Below, piece after piece: positions 21,082 to 29,259 of a stretch of DNA of 30,783 bases (position 1 is its first letter; each line of letters starts with the position of its first letter). The DNA is taken from contig JAVJWO010000007.1 of assembly GCA_040222015.1 (NCBI GenBank), positions 1 through 30,783 of the forward strand, written 5' to 3'. The notes under the pieces are model-generated. The model searched no databases and was not told the origin of the DNA. It saw only the letters and a list, made by a program, of their open reading frames with translations. The stretch is from Coleofasciculus chthonoplastes F2-STO-03 (GTDB lineage Bacteria; Cyanobacteriota; Cyanobacteriia; Cyanobacteriales; Coleofasciculaceae). Made by a program: the position numbers and the translations under genes.

Positions 21082-21210
21082 TAAGCTGTTATGCATTTAA
21101 ATTGGGTATTAGTAGCGAGCAAGATGCAAAGCCTGCGGCATGGCTTCGCTTAACGCACTACAAGGATGCTCGCCATTATTGGCATTAAAGCTTAAATGCC
21201 GAACAGCTTA
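21082..21210. mobile_element. MITE with 19-bp imperfect TIRs bounded by TA
   Basis: taagctgttatgcatttaa ... ttaaatgccgaacagctta (17/19 inverted match); interrupted REP inside. Confidence 0.75.
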
Positions 21211-21219
21211 AACCCTATC

Positions 21220-21855
21220 TTATTTTCTAGAACGAAGTCGATCAATCAATCCACCAAAACCGAGCATTAGACCTATCCCAAAAATGCCGAAGATTGAACT
21301 CGCTTCAGGTACCTGTTGAATGGTAATACGAGCTAACGTTTCATTGGGTGTCCGGGTAAAGTCACCATTGACATAAGGCGGTAAATCCAGAAATCCTCCT
21401 TGTCCAGGCTCTTTAAGTAAGGGATGTGGCTTAATCACTCCGCCTTCTGGCGTTCCCTGACGAACGGCTCCAAAAAATCTCTCTGGCGGATCAAATACAA
21501 TTGGCGTAGTCGAGGGATCTTCAACGTTTACCTCCGTCCCTGCATCAAACACATCAGCGCCGCGAATTTCAATTTGTTGAGGAACAAAAGTGCCTTCAGG
21601 GGAGAAAAGCCTGATCGGATCAACATCAGCGACAAAGCCATCATGGGTGGGAACAGCCATTGAAGCATAGGAAAGAGCGGTGTGAGTCGTAGGATTGACA
21701 TCGACGAACAAGGAAGATTCACTGTTTGGCGGGAATCCGAAATTATTGGCAAATGCAATGTCTTGTATTCCGTCGGGTTCCGAAGTCGCAAATAAGGTGG
21801 CGATAGTATCTTGTGGATCAGGCAGCTCAGCACCAAAGCGTCTTGCCAGATCCAA
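21220..21855 (-). pseudogene. spondin-like domain protein with PEP-CTERM-type tail, apparently 5'-truncated
   Basis: LSYASMAVPTHDGF and VFDAGTEVNVE motifs; C-terminal VPEASS + TM + basic tail; TTG start and no signal peptide. Confidence 0.65.
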
Positions 21856-22246
21856 ATCAAAGCTTAAAGAAAAATGGTTTATGTCAATAAAATTGTATAT
21901 TATTGTATATTTATGTAACGATTTTGCTCAGGACTCGTCAACAGCCTGCCTGTTTCCTCCAGAATGTTTGATCCATCTAAGTACCTGGACCTATATTTAT
22001 TCTGTCTTTATTGAGAATTGGCTATGTAGAAATGGGGTTGGAGAGCGCTATAGCGATCGCCCTCACTAATGTTAAGAAATATGTGAGTAATCCAGAGGTC
22101 TAACCCTAGATAGATTCATCGGCGTAGTCGGTCTTCACTAGGATGTGAACACGCGCGTCTACTTTTTCCTTAACCGAGCAGTATTGGGTTAGAGTCTAGA
22201 GGTAAACACTCAGATGTTTAGATGTCTGGCTATCTAGATATCTATA

Positions 22247-22408
22247 AGAGTATGGATTGTTGATATTCACGCTAGAACAATTACGATATTTTATCCCGAT
22301 TCCCCACCTCAGACGAAACGAGGAGATGCAACATTAACGGATACCCTTTTAGAAGGACTGCAACTGACTCCTCAACAGGTTTTCCAACAAGCAGGACTCC
22401 CTGAATGA
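22247..22408 (+). pseudogene. C-terminal fragment of a Uma2-family gene (not in the ORF track)
   Basis: Translates RVWIVDIHARTITIFYPDSPPQTKRGDATLTDTLLEGLQLTPQQVFQQAGLPE*; in-frame TAG at 22235 and no start codon. Confidence 0.7.
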
Positions 22409-22713
22409 CCCGCCATTTTTATTACCCTGCGGGTAATTTGACGGGCTGTGGGCTTTGTCTTCACTATTGCCCATTCCCTATTCCCCGGCGCGTAGCGCTA
22501 TATCAGTGACTCGGAGCCCTATGCCCCAGTCACTGTGTTCCTCGTACCATAGCCTCTGAGCCATTCCGGTGTTTTTTAAGAAAACATAACAGGGTGTTGA
22601 CACTTAGCTCCATCAGGTTCACGCAGAACCCATTTCTACTTGCTATGATTGGAGCTTGCTTGAATTAAACGACTCATACGTTAATTTGAGGTGCACTCTA
22701 CATAGGAGCCATC

Positions 22714-23982
22714 ATGCAACTATCACAACCGTTGTCGAAGTCGAAACCAAAACATATTGTTTTGACCTCTCATCCAGGGCGTTCCCGGGAACAACCCCCT
22801 CGCCTGCATTGGGGAGAAATCGACCCCCTCAAGCGCAGACCGATTATTGGTACGGTGACGAACCTCGCCCATCGTAACGTGATCGGCACTCACTCCGGTT
22901 CCTATTCCGTCTATCGGGCATTAGCCGTTGCCAGTGGAGCGCTGCATCCCAATCACCGAGCGGATTTAACCAATACGGCTCCGGTTGTGGCGATAGGTCC
23001 CCATCCCAGTTGGGCTAACCCTAATCGCATTGTGTCTCTTGATCCCTTTGGGGGAATGGTGGGGGATGTCTACGCCAATTTCTATGAGCAAGGATACGAC
23101 ATTCGACCCACGATCGCAGTTACCCAAGCTCATGTCAATTTGCCGGAAATCCAAGAGGCGATTCAGAAAAAACGCTTATCAGTTGACGGTAAAATTGTCA
23201 AGCCCAACGGCAGTTTAGTCGTCACCAAAGTCGCCATTGACCCCGTGTGGTATCTGCCCGGAATCGCCCACCGACTCAACGTCGAGGAAGGAGAATTACG
23301 CCGCGCCCTCTTCCAACAAACCGGGGGAATGTTCCCGGAACTGGTAACCCGCCCGGATTTACAGGTTTTCCTACCGCCGATTGGGGGAATTACTGCCTAT
23401 TTAATCGGCGAAGTGGACGCCATTACTGATCCCAATCGCCAACTTGCCGTGCGCGTTCATGATGAATGCAACGGTTCTGATGTCTTTGGTTCCGATATCT
23501 GCACTTGTCGTCCTTACTTGGTACATGGTTTGGAAGTTTGTGTGCAAACCGCGCAAGCCGGAGGTGCAGGGGTTTTGGTTTACTTCCGCAAAGAAGGGCG
23601 AGCATTAGGTGAAGTCACTAAATTCCTGGTTTATAATGCCCGTAAGCGACAAGAAGGCGGCGATCGCGCGGATGCCTATTTCAACCGCACCGAATGTGTG
23701 GCGGGTGCCCCCGATATGCGGTTCCAAGAACTAATGCCCGATGTACTACACTGGTTGGGAATTACTCGCATTGACAGTTTTGTCTCCATGAGCGACATGA
23801 AATATAATGCGATCACTAATTCTGGTATTGAGATTGTCAAACGCATCCCAATTCCTGACAATTTAATTCCCGAAGATGCCATGGTGGAAATTGCTGCCAA
23901 GCAAGCGGCTGGTTATTACACCGAAACCACCGCACCCGATGCCGTAAAATTAGCGACGATTAAAGGACGTAGTCTTGGTTGA
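22714..23982 (+). CDS. GTP cyclohydrolase II-like protein with N-terminal extension (URC1/Urg1-like)
   Basis: HIVLTSHP, RNVIGTHSGSYSVYRALAVA, RVHDECNGSDVFGSDICTCR, YFRKEGRALG; GGAG upstream of the ATG. Confidence 0.92.
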   Translation: MQLSQPLSKSKPKHIVLTSHPGRSREQPPRLHWGEIDPLKRRPIIGTVTNLAHRNVIGTHSGSYSVYRALAVASGALHPNHRADLTNTAPVVAIGPHPSWANPNRIVSLDPFGGMVGDVYANFYEQGYDIRPTIAVTQAHVNLPEIQEAIQKKRLSVDGKIVKPNGSLVVTKVAIDPVWYLPGIAHRLNVEEGELRRALFQQTGGMFPELVTRPDLQVFLPPIGGITAYLIGEVDAITDPNRQLAVRVHDECNGSDVFGSDICTCRPYLVHGLEVCVQTAQAGGAGVLVYFRKEGRALGEVTKFLVYNARKRQEGGDRADAYFNRTECVAGAPDMRFQELMPDVLHWLGITRIDSFVSMSDMKYNAITNSGIEIVKRIPIPDNLIPEDAMVEIAAKQAAGYYTETTAPDAVKLATIKGRSLG

Positions 23983-24305
23983 TAGTTTTTGCTTCGTTAT
24001 TGGAAATTGGGGAGTTGAGCAGAACCAATGATGAATGAAATGCCAAAAAGAACAGACGATTGCAGATTTGATTTCCGGCAACTTCTTTGTTATTCTTGAT
24101 CCAGTGACTTAGCTTCCTCATAGTCAGCAGTGTTTCCTTCAATTCAGAACAGTAAGTGTGTCTAATCACAAGTAGAGTGTGTACTCCCGCGCTGGCGTCT
24201 GTAGTAAGCTATACCTACAGATAGTTATTCAGGGGTGCACACTATAAAAAAATTATGGAAACGTTTTAAAGTTTGAGCCTTCGCTTCACTCAAGTTATCT
24301 GGAAC

Positions 24306-24410
24306 CAATGACAAATGACAAATGACAAATGACAAATGACAAATGACAAATGACAAATGACAAATGACAAATGACAAATGACAAATGACAAATGACAAAT
24401 GACGAATGAC
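24306..24410 (+). repeat. STRR heptamer array (AAATGAC), 15 units (13 perfect)
   Basis: Read directly; contains the ATG at 24399. Confidence 0.97.
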
Positions 24411-25709
24411 CAACAAACCATTGCATATCTAAGAACACCACAAGCGATTCGAGAACGGTGCGATCGCGTCTTGCATCTGGCTGAGGCAAATCAGTTACAT
24501 TACTTCCGTTGCGATTTAACCCAGCTAGAAAATGTAGCCAGTTATGTGATTCAAGTGATACAGGATGATTATCCCGATTTTAATATCCCGTTCCACAGTC
24601 GCTGGCGACATTTTGAAGTCGGAGGCGTACCACGCCTTGCTGAATTATCACAAAAATTAGCCGGACTTACTCCCCTGCAAAAAGCCCAAACTAAATTTGA
24701 TTTAGCCATTGTTAGTGTCTTATTAGATGCGGGGGCGGGTGCTGATTGGCAATATTGTGAAACCCAGACGGGACAGGTGTTTCGCCGTTCTGAAGGCTTA
24801 GCTGTTGCTAGTTTCCGCATGTTCTGTCAGGGTATGTTTTCCAGTAACCCAGAATACCCCCTACAAGCCGATACGAAAGGATTACAAAACTTAACAGTTG
24901 AGCCGTTAGCTCACGGATTTCAGGTTAGTTCAGCGAATCCCCTTTTAGGTTTAGAGGGTAGGGTAAAACTATTACAGCGCTTGGGAGAATCCCTACAGAC
25001 TCATCCGAAATTGTTTGGTGATCAAAATCCCCGCCCGGGTAATTTGGTCAAGTATTTGTTGAGTCTTTCAACCCGTGAGGGAGAAGCAATAGAAGGGAAT
25101 TTGATAGATAAGGTTATGGAAACAACCGATAACTTATCTAAACCCAACTTCATCGGCAAGCTACCCGCAAAAGTCTTACTCTCGGCTGTGTTAGAGGGGT
25201 TAGGTGATATTTGGTCAGGACGACTTGCGATCGCGGGCGTGAATTTAGGCGATGTCTGGTCTCATTCTGCCCTCTCTGGGGAAAAGCCGAGTGATCACTA
25301 TATCCCGTTTCACAAACTTTCCCAGTGGTTAACTTACTCCCTCTTAGAACCCTTACAAGAATTAGGGTTAGAAATTACTGGACTAGACGAACTCACCGGA
25401 TTAGCCGAGTATCGCAATGGCGGTTTATGCCTCGATTTAGGATTAATTGTGGTGAAAGATTCGGCTATTTTGCAGCAGCGCCACTTACCGGGTTCTGAAG
25501 TAATTGTCGAATGGCGGGCGCTGACGGTAAGTTTGTTGGATCGAATTGCCGAAGCTATCCGAAAACAGTTAAACTTGACAGCAACTCAGTTACCATTAGT
25601 TAAAGTCCTGCAAGGTGGGACTTGGACAGCCGGACGAAAGATTGCAGCACAATTAAGAGAAGGAGGTGTTCCGCCGATTCAGATTGAGAGTGATGGGACA
25701 GTTTTTTGA
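24399..25709 (+). CDS. URC4/Urg3 family protein (DUF1688)
   Basis: IPFHSRWRHF, SVLLDAGAG, RSEGLAVAS, PFHKLSQWLTYSL, TGLAEYRNGGL, LQGGTW, SDGTVF C-terminus. Confidence 0.92.
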   Translation: MTNDQQTIAYLRTPQAIRERCDRVLHLAEANQLHYFRCDLTQLENVASYVIQVIQDDYPDFNIPFHSRWRHFEVGGVPRLAELSQKLAGLTPLQKAQTKFDLAIVSVLLDAGAGADWQYCETQTGQVFRRSEGLAVASFRMFCQGMFSSNPEYPLQADTKGLQNLTVEPLAHGFQVSSANPLLGLEGRVKLLQRLGESLQTHPKLFGDQNPRPGNLVKYLLSLSTREGEAIEGNLIDKVMETTDNLSKPNFIGKLPAKVLLSAVLEGLGDIWSGRLAIAGVNLGDVWSHSALSGEKPSDHYIPFHKLSQWLTYSLLEPLQELGLEITGLDELTGLAEYRNGGLCLDLGLIVVKDSAILQQRHLPGSEVIVEWRALTVSLLDRIAEAIRKQLNLTATQLPLVKVLQGGTWTAGRKIAAQLREGGVPPIQIESDGTVF

Positions 25710-25767
25710 ATAAAATACTATTCAATAAGTAGAAAACTATTCAATTATTGCTGAAAAGTAGATAGTG

Positions 25768-26079
25768 ATGGCTAAATTATTTGCTGTTGTTGTTGCGACG
25801 GTTCCAGACTATTACGACTACAAAAAGCAGCATCCTGAACATGATCAGGATCAGCTTGCTTGGTTCCGTCAAAAACATGAACAAGGTATTTTGCTTTGCT
25901 GTGGTCCTTTTTTCCCTCACGATGGAACAGGGCTTTGGGTAATCCAAGCAGAGAATCTAGAGGAGGCGCAGGAAATTGTCAACAGTAGCCCTCGCGTTCG
26001 AGACGGTATGTTAGCGGATTCAGCCAGGATTGTTGAGTGGCAAGTTCATATTGGGCGCGATCGGTTTATCGCCGAATAA
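25768..26079 (+). CDS. YciI-like small protein
   Basis: QLAWF...GILLCCGPF...GLWVIQAENLEEAQEIVNSSP; 103 aa. Confidence 0.75.
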   Translation: MAKLFAVVVATVPDYYDYKKQHPEHDQDQLAWFRQKHEQGILLCCGPFFPHDGTGLWVIQAENLEEAQEIVNSSPRVRDGMLADSARIVEWQVHIGRDRFIAE

Positions 26080-26121
26080 ATTTTATCGGGAAGATAATTA
26101 GATTTAAGGGTTAGGGAAAGT

Positions 26122-26209
26122 GCGATCGCAACATAGATGTAGGTTGGGTTGACGCTTGTTACCCAACTTCCACTCCTGTCCAACATTAACGCCAAATAAG
26201 TGCGATCGC
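26122..26209 (+). repeat. HIP1-REP-HIP1 module, copy 1 (88 bp)
   Basis: GCGATCGC..GTAGGTTGGGTTGA..ACCCAAC.TCCACTC..CAACAT..AAATAAGT-GCGATCGC. Confidence 0.85.
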
Positions 26210-26291
26210 CCAGGTTCGTAGTGGCGCTGTCTTCGCCATCAGCCATGCGATCGCGCTTAGTCGAGTTGTGGGAATATAGGATGATAGCAGA

Positions 26292-26398
26292 TATAGCAAC
26301 CGCCATAGCGGTTAGGACACATCATTTAGTAGAGACGTTCCGGCGGAACGTCTGGAACAACAGTTCGGAAAGTCCTAATCGATGTGTCTACTGCTATA
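26292..26398. mobile_element. MITE-like element with TATAGCA...TGCTATA ends, containing REP GTAGAGACGTTCCGGCGGAACGTCT
   Basis: Terminal inverted heptamers, internal IR cggttaggac/gtcctaatcg, REP at 26329-26353. Confidence 0.7.
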
Positions 26399-26442
26399 GG
26401 ATCTAGGGATAGAGACATCAACACTAGCGACAACAGCAATCA

Positions 26443-26707
26443 ATGGTTCAAACTCCCTTCCAGCAAGAGTCTTTACCTCCAGCGCTTGAAAGTGGTGATC
26501 ACTTAAATCGTTCTGAATTTGAGCGTCGTTATAACGCGATGCCTTCTCTCCAGAAAGCTGAACTGATTGAAGGAGTTGTTTACTTACCTGCTGCACTGCG
26601 TTTTAGCCGGAAATATGGCGAGAGTGTTGTCAGTTTTGCAAGAAGGTTTAGCTTCGGAGGAAAATTCAAGGTTTGTAGAGAAGTTAGCTATGATATTGGA
26701 AAGTTGA
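26443..26707 (+). pseudogene. Uma2-family pseudogene with an internal frameshifting deletion
   Basis: N-terminal 54 aa (LESGDHLNRSEFERRY...KAELIEGVVY..ALRF, to 26604) joined to C-terminal-like LAGNMARVLSVLQEGLASEENSRFVEKL in another frame from 26603; catalytic core absent. Confidence 0.78.
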
Positions 26708-27670
26708 ATTAGCATTTTTTTCAAAACATTTTGGATAAAGCGTAATTAATTCATCGGTTACGTGAAAGTAATACTTTGGCAAGGGGAATTTAATAACTTG
26801 ATTTTCTACTAAAATTGCTATGAAATATTGCAACAAAGATATACTCAGAGGAATTTGCTTGCTTGGTGTTGAATTAATTTTTTGTTTAATACATGTAATA
26901 ACGTCTTGCATATTATTCTCTTTCTTAGCACTAGCAAGAATACGATATACGTTATCGCAAAAACGGGTCATGTCTTTTGGCTTCAGTTCTTGGGGAATTT
27001 TACCTTGATCAAAAAGCTCTTGGGTCTCGTTAGCTAGTTTGCGCTTTCTTTTAATTTCAGGATAGTCATTATCTTCTATACTACGATAGGCTTGTTCAAA
27101 TGCTAAAATTAGTGTATCTAATTGTTCAACTGTAGCTTTAATTTGGGCGGCTAAACGAAGTCGTTTCCAATCAATTGTAGAGCTTTTATAAACCAATTCA
27201 TGAGTTGAAACTGTCCAGGCATGTTCAAAAGCACTTTTGATTTGAATCTCAAATATAATATCAAAAATGTTTAATTGTTTATTTGCAATTGCATCTTCTG
27301 GTCTTTTTAAATGAGCATAGATTCTAGTTGTATCGAACCGAAAAGTATCGGGAGATTTTTTGTTTTGTCCTCTTTTAATGATTTTGACCACTTCAAAAGT
27401 ATTTTGGCAAAATTGGATCACGTTTTTTTCTTTGTATAAGGTTGGTATAATAACTGTACATCCAAATAAATCATCTAAATCAGACCATTTTTCAAACCTA
27501 CCTGTTTCAATCTTTTCTGCCAAAGATTCAATAGTTTTAATTCGATAAGTTGAGGCATATCCATTTTTTTCACAAAAGTTAATTATAGTGTCCTTAACTC
27601 GACTTGCCACTTGCTCTACAAAAGGAAGGTATTCTAGATAGCGACGTTCTAAAATTGAAGGATAAATCAT
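26684..27670 (-). CDS. atypical RelA/SpoT-like (small alarmone synthetase fold) nucleotidyltransferase with C-terminal extension
   Basis: RIKTIESLAEK, DDLFGCTVI, FEIQIKSAFEHAW, HELVYK; canonical GYxSxH replaced by FRFDTTR. Confidence 0.8.
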   Translation of the reverse strand: MIYPSILERRYLEYLPFVEQVASRVKDTIINFCEKNGYASTYRIKTIESLAEKIETGRFEKWSDLDDLFGCTVIIPTLYKEKNVIQFCQNTFEVVKIIKRGQNKKSPDTFRFDTTRIYAHLKRPEDAIANKQLNIFDIIFEIQIKSAFEHAWTVSTHELVYKSSTIDWKRLRLAAQIKATVEQLDTLILAFEQAYRSIEDNDYPEIKRKRKLANETQELFDQGKIPQELKPKDMTRFCDNVYRILASAKKENNMQDVITCIKQKINSTPSKQIPLSISLLQYFIAILVENQVIKFPLPKYYFHVTDELITLYPKCFEKNANSTFQYHS

Positions 27671-27683
27671 TAATAAATTAAAA

Positions 27684-28772
27684 TTAAATAATATTTCCTT
27701 GTATTAAAGATTTTAAAATATCAATTCTAACTTTAGTTTTTTCAACGCTAGAGTAAAGTGGTGAACTTGTAATAGCATCATGATAATATTGCGCTTCTTG
27801 AATACGAGTTCTTTCTTCTGGAGAATTAACGATTTTTAGAAAATCATTTATCTTGCTAGATACTTCAGGTAACCTGTTTGAAAAATCATAATCATCACGA
27901 TTTAATTCTGAAATAGCTGCAAAAAGAGAATAAAAATCAGTTTGATTTTTTAGCCTAGTTTTCCGTAAATCTATATTGTGAGGGGATTTTTCTATAAGTT
28001 TTTTTATCAATTGAATGACGTGTTTAAATTCATTTTCTATCTCGTCTTGATCGTCCCAATTAGATTCTCTATCACTAAAAGCTTTATCTAAGTCTTCTTG
28101 ACGATAAGATTTGACTCCTTCCTCTAAAAAAAGTAAAAGTTGAGCAACTAATTCTACATCCTTCATTTGCTTTCTTGATTTTGTATTAATTGAAGGAAAG
28201 TTGGGTAATTTGGAGTTGGGTAATTTGGAGTTGGGTGAAAGAACACTACTCATCCATTGAGTTAAATCTTCCACTGCGTTGATAAATACTCCATTAAACT
28301 TTGCATGGCGAAGCTCTTGAGGCGTTAATTTACTAACATTTCGGTTAATCCGGTCAAATATATTATTAATGATAGCTTCATCTGAAGATGGAACGTATTC
28401 AACTGCAAACTGATATTTCCAAAAATTTTGTTTGACCTCAGTATCTAAATCCTGAAAATATTTACCTCTAAGCTTTGTAATAGTTGCAGTTTCGCTGACA
28501 GGAAATTGGTTTTGAGCAAATTCAAACAAAGTAGATAGCCTTTGTTTTCCATCAACAACACTATATTTAGAAATGCCTTCAGCGGTAATGTCTTGATACA
28601 AAAAAATTGCTGGTGCAGGATAATTATTGAGAACAGTATCTATGAAAAAATCCTTGTAATCTTGATTCCAAACACTGCGTCTTTGATAGGGGGGATCGAG
28701 ATCGAGCAGCTTCCTTGTGTAAAGATCCCAAAACCAAGAAACTGTTTGAAAATTAATTGCTCTATTCATCAT
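27684..28772 (-). CDS. DUF262 (ParB-like, GmrSD N-terminal type) domain protein
   Basis: LDPPYQRRSVWN, YPAPAIFL, VVDGKQRLSTL, IFDRINR...LTPQELRHA. Confidence 0.9.
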   Translation of the reverse strand: MMNRAINFQTVSWFWDLYTRKLLDLDPPYQRRSVWNQDYKDFFIDTVLNNYPAPAIFLYQDITAEGISKYSVVDGKQRLSTLFEFAQNQFPVSETATITKLRGKYFQDLDTEVKQNFWKYQFAVEYVPSSDEAIINNIFDRINRNVSKLTPQELRHAKFNGVFINAVEDLTQWMSSVLSPNSKLPNSKLPNFPSINTKSRKQMKDVELVAQLLLFLEEGVKSYRQEDLDKAFSDRESNWDDQDEIENEFKHVIQLIKKLIEKSPHNIDLRKTRLKNQTDFYSLFAAISELNRDDYDFSNRLPEVSSKINDFLKIVNSPEERTRIQEAQYYHDAITSSPLYSSVEKTKVRIDILKSLIQGNII

Positions 28773-28875
28773 AATTTTATCAATTGTAGTATAGGTTTAA
28801 CGATAAAATCTATATTTAAGATTTTGGATTTGAGCCGTTCCTGATTTATTTATAATTATTATAGCGGTACTAAGT

Positions 28876-29259
28876 GCGATCGCCCATCGCCGTAGGTTGG
28901 GTTGACGCGCCGAAAGCCAACATCCACTCTCATCCAACATCAATGCAAAATAAGCGCGATCGCTCTTACAATCAAGTTTAAGGCGATCACCCTACTAATT
29001 CAAGCCTGACTAAGTGCGATCGCCCATCGCTGTAGGTTGGGTTGACACGCCGAAACCCAACATCCACTCTCCTGCAACATCAACACCAGATAAGTAAAGC
29101 ACAAGAATCGGCACTTGGCGATTACTTCCAGGTTTCGCCAGCGCTGTTTATCTAACGATTGCAGGATAATGCGATCGCCTATCACTGTAGGTTGGGTTGA
29201 CGCGCCGAAACCCAACATCCACTCCCATCCAACACATCAACGTCAAATTGTGCGATCGC
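28876..29259 (+). repeat. three further HIP1-REP-HIP1 modules (28876-28963; 29016-~29095, right HIP1 lost; 29171-29259)
   Basis: Shared core GTAGGTTGGGTTGACGCGCCGAAACCCAACATCCACTC; shared flanks actaagt- and -tcttanaatcaagt. Confidence 0.9.
29090..29155 (+). pseudogene. C-terminal remnant of a HigA-like HTH antitoxin
   Basis: Translates ISKAQESALGDYFQVSPALFI*, resembling the C-terminus I recall for cyanobacterial HigA-type proteins; very short. Confidence 0.55.

Noticed and set aside
22714..23982. Riboflavin biosynthesis gene ribA
   Set aside because: The long N-terminal extension and adjacency to DUF1688 point to the URC1-like subfamily
24201..24214. NtcA box GTA-N8-TAC upstream of the URC4-like gene
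   Set aside because: Matches the minimal consensus, but there is no TAN3T box at the expected ~22-nt spacing and it lies within a local hairpin; chance cannot be excluded
26443..26712. Intact 89-aa protein as given by the ORF track
   Set aside because: Residues after ~54 are out-of-frame read-through of a deleted Uma2 gene
28876..29259. CRISPR array
   Set aside because: Units are ~88 bp, degenerate and irregularly spaced, and no cas genes are present in the window
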